64,000 nt of DNA from assembly GCA_051362555.1 (NCBI GenBank), contig CM120640.1, positions 61,730,788 to 61,794,787 on the forward strand. Reading direction: 5' to 3'. This DNA is from Lingula anatina. Lineage: Eukaryota; Animalia; Brachiopoda. Shown one piece after another: positions 25,142 to 39,120 of this stretch. The first letter of the stretch is position 1; each line of letters opens with the position of its first letter. The translations under genes and the position numbers were made by a program. Below the pieces are notes generated by a model, which made no database searches, was not told where the DNA came from, and saw only the letters and a program-made list of their open reading frames with translations.

Positions 25142-26385
25142 TTGAAATTAAATTTGCTTTTGTCTCAATTTGTATCAATTACAGAGGTTGCCTTGGTATT
25201 GGATGGCCATTGAATCCATGGAGAACGGAGAGTTTACATCAAAGTCAGATGTGTAAGGAGATTTATGATCAGTCAATTCAACTTGATGAATAGATAAATA
25301 AACGGTTGATTAAAATGTAGCAGTAATGTCATATTTCTTTCTATCTGTAATAAAGGAAACCGGTTAAAATTTCTAGGTCCGAGGAAGTATTTTCATTATA
25401 ATCCTGACGTACAGCATTGTTTAGAGTTTTACATAGGCCTTACTCCGTATTCAATGCATACAATTGTAAAAATTTCAGTTGGGCTTTTGGTATCCTATTG
25501 TGGGAGATTGGCGCGCTAGGATCTCTGCCGTATCCGGGGGTTGATCCGGTGGACCTACTTGTTCTGTTAAACAAGGGATACCGGATGCAAAAACCGATTT
25601 GCACATCAAATGTACGCTTTTATTGAACTATAGATGTCATGTCCTGTGCATTTTGAACTGTTATATAAATTTATAATTTTACCATTCTTTTTCCAAAATG
25701 CGAAACGTAGATTGTACCAGATATAATACAAATTTAACCTTGTACTCTACCTGTGACATTTTCATTGTCTAAAGGGGAAGAAACGATTTTTTAGGTACAG
25801 ATTTTTTAAATTTTGTAACATCATAGTACTTGTGTTACAACATCAGAATCAGAATTGTGAATATTTACTTTGACGTCTAAATAAGCGACAGGAATTTGCA
25901 ATTGCAGTTTTTCATTGTCACTGATACTTCCCATGCAATGTTTGTCTACAGGAATGGTTCGCAATTATGATGGAGTGCTGGGGAAAAAATCCAGACGGAA
26001 GACCAGCATTTAGCAGCCTTTATCATCATTTCAAAGAAATGCATTCATCCAAAAAAGTAAGCTTACTATAGTATACAAACTTATAAAACATATATAAAAA
26101 ATGCTTAAAAGAACATTAGCCTCTCACAGGTGTTTTTAACCCAAAATTAAAAACCCCAAAAGAAAATATGAACAAATGACGTGCAAGTGCCCTATGGAAC
26201 ATTAGACTAAATTGTGAAAAAAGGTTTCAAGGGAAATTTCAATATTCACCCACAATAAACTTAGGTGCATGGAAACAACAGCAACCATCGTTTTAAGATT
26301 TATTCTTTTTCAGGGATTTCCGTATCTGCCTATGAGTTCTCCGCAACAGATTGAAAACTCTTACCTTACCATTTTGCCAGAGTGA
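17116..26385 (+). CDS. Tie-like receptor tyrosine kinase, copy 2. Exons 17116-17289, 19080-19158, 19453-19761, 20103-20234, 20508-20685, 20848-20960, 21216-21520, 21889-22084, 23766-23888, 24132-24288, 24526-24657, 25185-25252, 25479-25611, 25952-26056, 26314-26385
   Basis: Same 15-exon architecture and kinase motifs as copy 1; longer acidic/Thr-rich stalk; stop codon 12 codons earlier than copy 1. Confidence 0.92.
18169..18214. repeat. (ATT)n microsatellite
   Basis: Direct reading. Confidence 0.95.
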
Positions 26386-28011
26386 ATAGTCTCCAAAATG
26401 GAGGAGTCACGCAAAATTTGATGTAACGTGACTGATATAATTAAAAAAAAACATTCAAAAAATAATTGCAAAATAATGCAATACTAATTTTTTTATTATG
26501 TGTAAAAAGTATATAATTGCATGGCAAATAATGAATGATCTATAAATACATATTAAATTATGTACATGTATAAACATACTGTATTTCAATATTTAATACC
26601 CCATGAGCAAATTAATCCAATAATTAGCAATATATCTTATTATTGTTTTGAATTAATTGTACAGAAATAGGTGGGCACAGTATAAAAATACCTGGTGACG
26701 TCACTTGTATGCATGTGCTATTGTATTAAGATAAAACTGAATTATCACTAATTGTGTTTTGCTTTAAAGAGCCAGATTAATTTTGCTTTTTTCCCTACAC
26801 TGTGGTCCCTCGATTTGCTCGGGGTCGGATGGGGGGAGGGGGGGGGGGCGAAGAGAAAGGCTATGAAGATGGCATACATTTCTTCACTATAAAGAAGAAA
26901 ATTTTTTGTTTAGAAATAACTTGGATCAATGAACCTGCATTCGTTTTGCATAGGAATGTGATCTTACACAGTACCCGCCCTATACCTCATCAAGCTTTCA
27001 GTCCGGTCTCAAATCGCGATATCCATTAACATGATTGATATTATTTTAAAAACCCATTTAGGTGGCTATACAATACAATGCAATGCAATACAATACAAAG
27101 ATGGGTCGTTCCTCCAAGGGAAAGTGTATTCAGTGTGACGGTCTTTAAAAAGTCGATTATGTGTCACTTGTATTGTGTTTACAAGGCGAAGGTTGCTGAA
27201 AACATCCGAGAGAGGTCTACCATTGCGCTAGGTGTGCATTAAAGGCTACTTCTTTATTAAGACGTTTTTATTAAGACCGGGAAGTGCCTTCACTACCTAT
27301 AAGACTTGTATTTCAACTAAAAAACTTTCTTTCTGACTTTATTATAGTTCAACTAAGCATTATGCCTTATTGCTTAATTTTGTGGCAATATGGCAAGTCA
27401 CCTTACAAAGAAAATTGCGCTCGAACGTATAATACGGTATAAATTATCCCATGTAATTACTAGTATGTAAGTGGCTTTAAGGAACATAAGTTGTCTTTAT
27501 GCTTATCGTTCATGCGCAAGCGACGTCGAAGACAACTGTTTTCTAACAGCCAACACCATTTGTTTCCTCTCAACTTTACCCTCTTAGCTGTGTCTAAATC
27601 ATGTAAATCTAACATTCACGTTGCACGTCGCCCGCGCGTGCCGTCACCTCACACCGTCAGCGACACAACTGATATCAACTAATAAAGTTCAGATATATAT
27701 CATCCGTAGGTAACAGAAATTTCAGTGCTGCACTGATTTTGAAAAATAAGGAAGTTTCCTGGTTCTTGACTATTAAATTTATGATTTAAAAGAGTGTTTG
27801 GAAAGGACCCTGGTTTTGCTTTTATAAGTCGTCTTATCTTCTTATTGATTACTTATTGAGTGTTGTTACACAGAAGTGAAATTAAGTTGAAAGATAAATC
27901 GCTGCCTATCAAAGACCTGCTGCAGAAACTTGCCTATTTAAAGGGGCGTTTACACGACCCGTTTTTACAGTTGTCTCCAGTTCCGACTTGTTTCGACTTA
28001 TGAACAACTCT

Positions 28012-31000
28012 ATGAACATGGATAGTTGTCTTCGGAGTGTCAAAGATCTGCTGTTGCTGATGACCTTTCTAGTTTTAGTCCTCGGGACTTTCGTCGCCGG
28101 AGGGGAAGAAATGTCTTCTTTGTCAAACTCTCCATTAGCAGTTTGTGCCGTCAGACCTGGAGGCAATTTTAGTGCGGCTGAGAATCAGGTGAGTAGAATG
28201 ATATATTTTGTCCGTGTGGTAAGATCATCGTGTGGTATTTAGTAAGATCATGTCGTCGTTCCAAGAAGTGCTGATACGATGATGCCTTATATAGGCCTAC
28301 TGCACAATAAGTCTCAGATGAATCACTTCTTAGCGGTACCCCGAGGTTCAGAGTATGACACTAAGAGAACATGAAACCGTTATTTCGTTCAGAAAAATCT
28401 TTATAATTATGCAGCTAACCCTGATTATTCTATATCATCACATGCCAGTTTTACACATTGTCAAAATGTGCTATTTTAAAAGTGAAATGAAAGAGTAGGT
28501 CCTATGTCACACAAAGTACATCTATCATACTAAGTACATGTATTTTTTAATGTGTCTGAAAGTTAAAAGTAATTAACCTTATCCTCCAGAATACACTGAA
28601 CCTTACTGTGACCAAGCTTCCTAGCAACACGTTCCAGTTCAAAGAGTGGGTTGTCATCAAACAAAATTGTAAGGATGTACGGCTTGTCCGTTTTCATATA
28701 TATTCATTTAAATAAATAAAACCATGAAATGTATCGTAAGCAACGCAATTTTAAGTCCACACACTTGAATATTAAACTCTACAGAATTAATTTAAATTTA
28801 AATTATTGTTTTTCTTTTTATTTAAATGAAACTCTTCTCTCATCTACAGAATTAGTAAATGATTTTTCCTCTTAGAATTAAGTCAGAACAAAACAACATT
28901 TTCTTGTCGAAAACAGTACAATAGGAGGGTTTATGATGCACCCCAGTATATCATTATTTTTGCTTATTTCAGGCTCTATGGTCGTATACATACAAGCTGC
29001 ACTATACATCCCCGTTGATCCCTCTTTAGCACATGGACTCTGTGGTTACGCTTCCCCCAGTCTCCAAGGCCATCTTCCATTTCCATTTCAATTACTTAAG
29101 GGAGGCCCAGTTAGCCCACCTGAAGATGCACTGGCCTATCCGTTCCCTGTGAGTTTGTGGGGGTCAGGAAACTCAATCTTTGAAATATCAGTTCCCATGT
29201 TTGGAGTCAACACACCAGTGAACTGCTCCATAACATTCGGGTTTTCATCTTTTGAGGCGGCATTTACTATTAACGTTCTAGGTGAGTACGTTCTAAGGGG
29301 CAGACCGTGTTCGTTGAACCGACTAATTTGGGTGTCCGATAAGGATTGTTTGGGGAGTCCCCTACCCTGTAATTATCATACGGCCTCTATTGTTCGACCA
29401 TATGGGGCAGGGTTGGGAAACCATACGGCCATTTGGTAAAGGGACATTCCGGCGGCACTGTAGATGTTCGAAAATTAAAAGCTATCTTCAGATTATTGCT
29501 TTAGTGAAGAACAGGGACACAGTTGATATACTTATTTCTTTTTTTATGAAATTCGGTATCAATTAGGAGTGCCTTTTTTCTTTTTCATTAACTGTGAATT
29601 TTTATCAGTACGAATTTTGTGGGTGAAATGATGTTTTTATACACAGTAAATATACATTTACATGTATGTATGCAAAATAATGTTCTAAATATTGTATATT
29701 GTTTAGTCTAGTTTAGTCGATGCTATTTCACGATTGCCTGCAATAAATGATTCTAAATGAGTGGACTCTGTGTGTAATATTTTTTGAGCAACGGGTAAAA
29801 CCCGAAAACGTGTATCAGTACAAAAGATGCTTACATGACACAAAATTAATTAGAGAAGGCTTTGGTGGAATAAATGTCGCTTATCCGGTAATTTGATAAA
29901 CTTTCAACACTGATAGGGTGTCCTGAGAACAAATACGGAAGATACTGCAACAAGAATTGTCCTCGGTGCAGTATCGGTGGTTATTGTCATACATTCTACG
30001 GAGGTTGTGTGTGTCTCAAGGGATGGAGTGGCGCAACATGTGACAGAGGTCTATTGATTTTTTCATTGCATTTCCTGTTCCTTTTCTTTAATTTTTTTAG
30101 TAGACGGTCCTTGTAAAGAAAATAACAATTCTTCATTGCATTGCGACTTAATTTATCATCATATTTAACCACTAACTATATTTTATATAGCAATGCGACT
30201 TAGATTGTTAATTATTGTTGTTAATTCAAAACTTTTTGATAAGGTCGAACAAATATCCTAGAGATTTCAAGTTTTACTTCTACTTTCATAACGGTATTTA
30301 TTATCTGAATTCAGTGACGCCAATGTTAGAGATCAGTTCTTCGGCAAATGGTGCTGTTAAACGGAACGAAAGTGTCCAATTTGATTGTGATATTTTCCCA
30401 TCTTCTCTGGAGACCAATACAACCATCAGATGGTTGATGAACAACCAAAAGATATCAGACGTTACAGACGTTATTCATAAAACGAGCAACAGGTACGCCT
30501 TTTCGAATGTTGTAATAGTACATATCCCTTACTTTTCTGCATTCTTACTATTGATGAAATTTTATGCTCATTGAAAGCTTAACTACTTATCTGGAATTTT
30601 GAAAAATGAGAAGTCGAATATGCTGTAATCTAAACATTAATATTTAATTTTCAGGTCTATAATTTTTTCGAAAGGAATACACACAATAGGAGATCAGAAT
30701 GTCACATGCATCGCTTTAACTGCTTCTGGACAGATATTGTCTAAAACATACGCTTATTACGTAGAAGGTAAAGCTGCGTGAATACGAAAAAAATTCAAAT
30801 AGACTATTTTTGTATTTGCAAGAACAATAATTATTATATACACACCAAATTACCGGAAAAAAAGACCGACAGCTTAATTTTCAATGGCGGATTTAATTTT
30901 GTAGATCATCAGGGGGAGGGGGTAGATTATTCTGTTGCCAGGAGCTTTATTTTCACATTCGTGATGTCAAACAGCACAGATTTGATGGTTGTTCATTGGT

Positions 31001-34000
31001 GAAGTGTCTGACAATAAACACTTGATTGTTACCTTTTCTGTTATAAGTCTATATATAAACATTTCGTTTACATTGAATTATAAATGGATTGAGTCTTTGT
31101 CGTACAATTGTAAAATTCTCTTTTGTACCTCCTTTAATTGAGCCCATTATATATGTATATATTCCATTCAAGATTATAACACTGAGACTGGAATAATGAC
31201 AACTGCAGCAATGGCAACATTTATTGGTGGAGGTCAACAAATTAATAACGCACTCATCACAGTTGCAGTCATCTCATTGGTCGTGCTGATTGTTGTCATC
31301 ATCATTACTGCTCTTTTAACTCACAAGATGCGGGACTCGACTAAAAGAAAATTCACGCCATCAGATATGTACGCTGAATACCACACATACTTACAGGTAT
31401 CAATTTTGAGATAGTTCTGAATGTTCTGTTTGCGACAGTGAAATTTGATTGATATCGTCTTTCCACCTTATTACAATACGCCAAAGAGTTTATTCTGATT
31501 GCATGTGGAGTGTCATTTCTACTTTGCCCATCTTTATAAAGCACATTAAAATGAATTTCTTTCAAAGAATATTGTATTTGCATCTGCAAAAAATAAAAAA
31601 TAACGATAATAGAAAAACAAAAAAGGGCATTACGGTGGAAAGAGAGGAAACATTTGAAGGGAAGTAGGACGTGGATATAGCTACACTGCAGTGGCGGATT
31701 TAGAGGGGGGTCAGGGGGGTCCTGACCCCAACTTCGATTTCTGATCCCCTCTTGTAATTAAAATTTTGACTAGCTGAATCATAGTTCTAAGCCGTACAAA
31801 ATGGCACCGTTCGCCATCTTTAATACCAAAAATTTCGGGGCTCTTCAGCGGGCCCCAAACCCCACCACAAAAGGGGTGGGGGTCGGCTTCGCATCTGCGA
31901 ACCCCCCTTCAAATAATCCTTGATCCTGTATGACTGTTTGACTTTAATCATCTTATTCATTTTTCCATTTTCAGAATATTTTCATAGGTGTTGAAGATAA
32001 TTCGTTCTTGGATAACCAAGAGTACCTTCTTCAAAAATGGAAGGTGCCAAACAACGAACTATTTATGGGCGAAATACTCGGCGAAGGGGAATTCTCCCAA
32101 GTATACAATGCTCGCATTGAATGGAAGCAGAATCAAATACTGAACGTGGCTGTAAAAATGCTGAAAGGTGAGTATTCTTGACAATAGTGCTTATGGTCTC
32201 TTCAAGTATGGAGATTGTGTTTCCTCGGAATACTAGCTATTTAAATGCAAGGGAACCCCCAGAAATACCTTATTTTATTGTATTTCTCGTGGTACAATGT
32301 ACCCATTGTCTTAAAAAAAAAGATGAATTGTAACAGCTTAAGCATTTTAAGAAATTTTTATTCTTTGAAGTATAAAGAGATTATCAGGAGAGAACAAATT
32401 ATCATTTATATTGTAGGATTCTGATTTATTTAAAGATTTTAATAGTTTCCCAAACAGCAATTTTTAAATACAATCTCTTTGTCTCTCACGCACGCATGCA
32501 AAGACATACACATACACGTTCATGTACAATGTTCAAGAACGTTGAACTCCCAAGACGTACGTACATGTACGTTGTGTATATTGATAATGCTGGCATTTTG
32601 TCTCTTTTAGACCAATAAACTTAATATATGCACATACAGTGTACATGCGGTGCCTTTATATCTTGGCTTTCTTCGTTCCAAATGTGCTCATGAAAAATAG
32701 CATAGGTACTGACCTTATGATGTGCCGAGTTAGTTGTGCATCGAAAAACTCACCAAATCGGGGTGAGATGTTTTGTGAAAAAGAAACAACATACCAGAAT
32801 CATCAACCTACTCAGCGTACCGCCGTCCTAGAAGTTCAACCCCCTTGCTCATGGATGGTTAAAATTGCTCTCGTTGAGAAGTTTTGATTAAAGTTGGTCA
32901 CTGAGCTGATTACTGATGAATAGTATATAAGACGAAAAGTACACTTTTGGCAGTTTTATAAACATGGATTACATAGAACTTAAATAGAGACACGGAAGAT
33001 TAAATATGATTATAAACCGATATCATTTGTTACCTGTTTTTATTCTGCAATAAATCACATCCTCAACGAGGAAGCACGACGCTGTAGTTGAGATAAGAGG
33101 CTCGAATTCGTGAACTAACAACTCCTTTTGATCAAGTGCAGAAGTTGTTTTCCTGGTAGGAAAAGATGGAGCTTGTGAAAGTCACTTCGATTTGATTGGT
33201 TGATTTCTCAATAGATTTGCAAGTTTCTGGCACGTGCTAAACACATGCAAACTAAGGGTGGATATGGTCCAAGCATGAGTAATTCAAATAATATTTAAAT
33301 ATTTTAAATTGAAAACAAGTCTTCTAGAAATTACTTAATAAGGAAATATTGAATGGTTGGATGCAACGTGAGAATGGAAAATTCCACAAGACAATGGAGA
33401 GAAAACAATGTGTGATCGGTATCAGAGTAATACAGTATGAATAATTGTGAATTTGCATGAGAGAGTCAGTGAATAAATGTATGAAGCTCTAGATCGTCAT
33501 TATTGTCACTATAACAAATCTTTACTTCCCTGGCCAGTATCTGCCTTCTTGTAAAAGAGAGAGGAAAAATGATACGTAGGCTGGTGTTTTAGAGTGCATT
33601 CCCATAGATTTAGATCGATCTATCCGGATCGACCTAACTCCCTGGAGGTCCACGCTAAATTGCAGTCAGCCTAGCGCGCACGACAGTTAATTACCCCCTT
33701 ACAGCTTTTAGTAGGCGGGACAGGCGCTTAAGCCGGCTAAGCTGACAGTAATCTAGTGAGACTCCCCACAGGGATAGATCGATAAAAAATCTGTGGGAAT
33801 GGGGTCTTAGAAGTTTTATAATGATTAGAGAACCACTTAAGCTGCCTAATATATTGTAAGCTTGTTACAACTCGTTACAAGCTCGTTACAACATGAATGG
33901 CATCAACAAGTAAATAAGCACTTTTTAAAGTTGCACATTAAGCGTTAGACGTGATAACGAAAAAGATAAAAATGACTTTATGGCTTATTTTGATCTGATA

Positions 34001-37000
34001 TAAAATGTACTTGCTTTCTTTCGGCGCATTTGGTAAAGTAGGCCCACAAAGAAAAAAAACTATGATCCGTTAAAAAAATTTTTGATGTTTGATTGAGTAC
34101 TATTTGTAGCAGCATATGTTCTCGGATAATATTTTTTTGTTTTGACAAATGTTATGTAGAACCCTGGCTTTTATTTCGCCTTTGTCGAAGACCAAAGACC
34201 AGGTGGAGGGTCGACCTCCACCACCACCATCTTAGACCCACCTGGCCAAGCCAGGAAGATGACCGTTACCGATGGAGACAGCTCAGGGAGGGATTCCTCT
34301 ACCACGGAGCAACAGTCGGCCCTGGATTGATTGTCATAATGTCTACTTTACCAAATATATTCTATGTGCACTTATGAATAGTCTGTAGGTGCGTCTCTCA
34401 TACAAACATATGCCTTTCTCCCGTAGATCCTAAGAACCTGCAGTCACAGAAGGATTTGATGGCGGAGTTCCAAACCCTCTCCGAAATCTGTCCCCACCCA
34501 AATGTGGTGCAGCTCATAGGCGTGTGTACCAGGAGACTCGGAAATGATGGTAAGCTACTTTTACTTTGCCCTCCTTCATTTAGTAAATAGACCTACAAAC
34601 AAATAATAAAAAAAAAAAAACACACACACACAAAAAAAGCAAGATGGCAGAGCTACATGTACCTTTCTCAGTAAGAATATAACACAACGTTTTAGTTAGA
34701 ATAAATACAACCAAGCTGATCCAAACTTTGAGAAGGTGCTCGTGTATAAACAATGTAAAAGGAAGTATTACGGAATGTCCTGTTGACAAAATTTTGTTTG
34801 CGATGATTCATAAAGGAAAGTCGTGTCAATATTTGTAATTACTTCCTGGTGCAGAAAGTTTGTGAAGTAAATATTATTACTCACTTTGAAAACAACTTTG
34901 AAAACTACTGCTAATGTTAATACATTAATAGGCTTATTTATAGAAATATTTTGTTGGAGTGGTTACTTATTCACATGGCAACACTTTTTGATAAATGCTT
35001 TGTCTTACATTGGTGTATGCATTAAAGCTATCAAACGTATTATTATTATTATTATTATTTTATTTTATTTTATATTATTTTATTTTTATTTTATTTTATT
35101 TTTTTTTTTGTGATCGATGATCACTCATATTATGATAACTAATCTAAACGGATTTTCGCCATGTTTACGACGCAGACTACCGTTGCCTGGTAACTGAAAA
35201 TATGCCTGGAGGTAACCTCAAAGCATTACTACATGACTTAAAAGATGGCAGGGAGTCGTCTGTAAAACCTAAAAGCATCGGCCGCATTGCAGTCGACATA
35301 CTGGCTGCAATGAAACATCTAGAGGATCAAAAGGTGAATTTGTTGAAATGCAAAGTTTATTTTGTGAGAAGTGAACATAATCTCGTTCTTTTTCCCTTTT
35401 TTGTAAGCTTTATATATACTTAACAATTTAAGTTTGCAGGACGTGATCAACATTTCCCCCTCTTCCTTTTTCATCATTTAAGCAGAATGTCGTATCGATT
35501 ATTGTACTTCTTTGTTTAGGCCTGTTTGTTTTTTTAAAAAACATTGCTTGTGGTTCAAGCCCCCCCCCCTTCACCTGAAATATTAAAAAGACAATCTTTG
35601 AACTCCACAGAACCATGCTGAATGTATTGTCAATGGTGAAAAACGGCTCAACCCATATTGATCATCCATGAATATTTATCAGTCTTTACTATGGTTATCA
35701 TTTGCCTGCAAATATTACTTTTTTACGAGAAAAGTGAATCTTTTTGAAAAATGACATAAAACAATTGTATATATAGGTGGTGCATAGAGATTTAGCCGCA
35801 CGAAACGTTTTATTGACCTCTGACCTGAGAGCAAAAATTGGAGACTTCGGACTGTCCCGAGACACCTACCTGTGTGGTAACTACAAAATGGCGGATAGCC
35901 ACGGAAAGGTAATTAATTGGTTGTATTTATCTGCATGTATTCTGTTGAATCCCATATGTGACTAAAAGTAAGGTACTTTGAAATATCTAAATCAATCATA
36001 AATTTGTTTTGCTTTAGATTTGTATTCAGCATGTTTTTCTAGTTTTGTTAAAGTTTTGTCAAATGTATTTAATGTGAATTTCAGCGGATGCCTTGGTATT
36101 GGATGGCAATTGAATCCATTGAGAACGGAGAATTTACATCAAAGACAGATGTGTAAAGAGACTTTTTATTATATAAATCGAGCCTTGTTTGTACATGTAC
36201 ATAGCGTATCATATTAGTCTACAGTAATGAGCAAAAAAAAAAAAAAAAAAAAAAAAAGGCCAGTCATTAAATACGATTAATCATAAATGCTTCTTTTGAC
36301 ATGTTTTCATTAATTTTTTACAAAGCAATATATGTTCAGATTAATACATGGATTACCTTCTAAACCGTGGTCTGCACATTTTTTCCGCCCTCTAAGCCTC
36401 CTTTGTGCATTCTGAAATTAGCTAACGTGACTTAAAATATATCGTTACTGTGATTTCAGTTGGGCTTTTGGTGTCCTACTGTGGGAGATTTGCACATTTG
36501 GATCTTTACCATATCCGGGAGTTGATCCTGTGGACCTACTTGGTCTGTTACAAAAGGGATACCGGATGGAAAAACCGATTTCCTCTTCAAAGGTACGCTT
36601 AAAGTATAAAATTTGTTGTCCGGCAAATCCGTAGTAAGTTAAAATGCACATAGACTTGTTTTTCCACAATTTATCCAAGCGTTTTACTGTTTGTTAATTT
36701 TTAACGTACGTCAAATCAAACATGCATTACCTTTTTTTAAAGGAGTGGTACTTTGTCATGACGGAGTGCTGGGATAAGGATCCAGATGCACGGCCGACAT
36801 TCAGCACGCTTTATCATCACTTTAAGGAGATGTACTCTTCGAAAAAGGTAAGCCGTGAACTAGCTAGAAAATTTGAATCGAAAATTAAGAATATACTGAG
36901 ATAGATCAACCCTGCGAGTACGATAACTTCTTTTCTGAACGCTGCCTACATGTATGTCTACCTCGAAAAATACCGTGCTATATTAACAGAATCAACCCTC

Positions 37001-37116
37001 CTTTTTAGGGATTTCCAAATTTCCCGGGGATTTCTCCACAACCGGGTCAAGCAGCATACCTGAGCATGCAGGCAGATTTATCGGCCGTTGATAAGATGGA
37101 ACCTAATATTGTCTAA
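28012..37116 (+). CDS. Tie-like receptor tyrosine kinase, copy 3. Exons 28012-28188, 28590-28668, 28973-29281, 29917-30048, 30315-30492, 30655-30767, 31173-31396, 31975-32167, 34427-34549, 35176-35333, 35777-35908, 36085-36152, 36460-36592, 36743-36847, 37009-37116
   Basis: Same exon structure; [11 protein letters not shown] and VAVK intact; the start could alternatively be the in-frame ATG at 28000. Confidence 0.92.
31689..31932. mobile_element. MITE family B copy in intron 7 of RTK copy 3
   Basis: CAGTGGCGGATTTAGAGGGGGGTCAGGGGGGTCCTGAC start; internal GCTGAATCATAG..GGCACCGTTCGCC; right end degenerate. Confidence 0.75.
33596..33801. mobile_element. MITE in intron 8 of RTK copy 3
   Basis: TIRs CATTCCCATAGATTT..ATCGATCTATCC / GGATAGATCGAT..AAATCTGTGGGAATG. 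Confidence 0.7.
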
Positions 37117-37488
37117 ATCACTTATGCAATACGATACTTATGCAATACGACGCGATGAATTTTACCATAATTACAAATCCTGATTGGCTGCTCGCTTTGT
37201 AGATGATTGACTGCATCCCTCCTCGCAATTCAAACGTTTTGTTAAACCTGATCTGAACAGTGGTTAAGATGAAGGGATCCAGATGAAATGTACATATTGA
37301 CTGATTCTTACGCCAAAAGTTAATATTATCATAAATTCATATAATGGCAGTATATATATATATGCATCATTATGTTATTACACGTAATTTAACGGTTAAG
37401 ACAAACTTTTGAAGACTTTCCGTGGGATGAAAGATGCAATACGAGGAAAGACTAAGTCAATGCTTGAACTTTTCCAATAGCCCCCTCC

Positions 37489-37491
<3 letters not shown>

Positions 37492-37553
<62 letters not shown>
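37492..37553. repeat. (CT)n(GT)n compound microsatellite
   Basis: Direct reading. Confidence 0.95.
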
Positions 37554-37555
<2 letters not shown>

Positions 37556-38769
37556 TGCGTGATTTAGTTTAGAGTGAATAGTGTATAACCATTTAAGAAT
37601 TATTTTATGATGAGAATATTACCGATATGATTTTAAGACGAAAGTTATGGATATTTGCATATTTGCATTTAAATCATATGGATCTTGGAAATGAGATATA
37701 AATGAAACTTTGACAAATACACTTGTGTGCGTATTTTCAGTATTTATTTTTCAGCTTCTGTACATGTGATATTGTAAATTCGTTGTCCACCGTTTGCGGT
37801 CTAGAACACGTCTGTTAAGATACTTCATGGTATATTACCACTTCATGGGATAAATGCTCTGATTTTACTGCCAAATCGACTTCATAGGATAAATTGCGAC
37901 TTCATCTCCACTTAAGATATTGCCTGCGACTTCATGGAATAATGGTGAAATAGTACCTGTTGTTGGCCCAACGCTATGAGAGAGAGCGTTTTTGAAATAT
38001 AATGTTTTGGTACTGTAAATATTATCCAAAATAGGTAAACTGTACGTTTTGATTCACTTGTATGACTGAATAGGGTTTCTTTAGAGGTATTGGAAGCATG
38101 TTTTGAGTAATTTTTAAATACACAGGCGTATGTAGGTGAGGATTCAGTATTTCTAAAAATCATTACATTATGGGACATTATGGTCAGCGTTGAAGAAAAG
38201 GGGGTTCAGACCCCCTGGGCCCTCCCTTCCCAGATCCGCTTGATGCATAAAACTAATGGATTAGGGAAACCAGGCTATGAAAAGATAATATTACGCGTAG
38301 GTTACTGGATTATAAGATGGATAAATAAACAAATAGGAATCAATTATTAAAGATGAATAAATAGATAATAAAAAGAAGCAGAGAAGGTCGTGTATATAAT
38401 TGTGCTCTACAATTATCTTGATCAAGTCGCGTCCCCCTCTGAAAAGACAAATTTTTCCATGAGGAAAGACACGCGCAAGTGTAATGATTTACATCCCTTG
38501 GTTTCTGAGATGCTCTGTTCTGGTCCTACACCTGTGAATGTCCATCATGGCGTGATCAATGGTGTTCCCGAAATGTGCCCTTGGGTGGCTCTCAATTGAC
38601 CCAAAAGTATTATCTGCGGCACAGTCTGCATTTGGAAACCTGTTAAAAAGGCGTTCGGGAGGGGGGGGGGGGCTACTCGTTGTTTAGTAGGCTTACTAAC
38701 GTAATTGATCTGCGAGATCAACAGGCCTGAAGATTGATATTTATTCAGAATTGTGGTTGATTGTAATTG

Positions 38770-39081
38770 TGGTTGATTGTAATTTTTACATCGTAATTCC
38801 TGCTATCTACCCGTAGACATTTAGTAGTGGGACTTTGCAGTCCTTGGGGGGGTATATATTTTTTATATCGTTGTTACTGGTATCCTCTATCCATTAAAGT
38901 GAGGAACATGAGACGTTGGGGATATTTAAACTTGCCATTAGGGATGTGCACGTGTCCTTCGGATTTTTGCTGACTTTGGTGACCTAGGGGTGGTTGATTA
39001 TTATCTTTAAATTGTATTTTCTGCTATATACCCATAGGTCTTTATGTTGAGGAAACTAAAATTTCGGGGTGTGCATAGGCA

Positions 39082-39120
<39 letters not shown>

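Noticed and set aside
34093-34377. GC-rich ORF with a His run in intron 8 of RTK copy 3
   Set aside because: No recognisable domain, absent from paralogues and would interrupt the kinase; probably an inserted fragment
38490-38725. Possible small minus-strand exons (RFPNADCAAD...)
   Set aside because: The junction creates a stop codon and there is no recognisable homology
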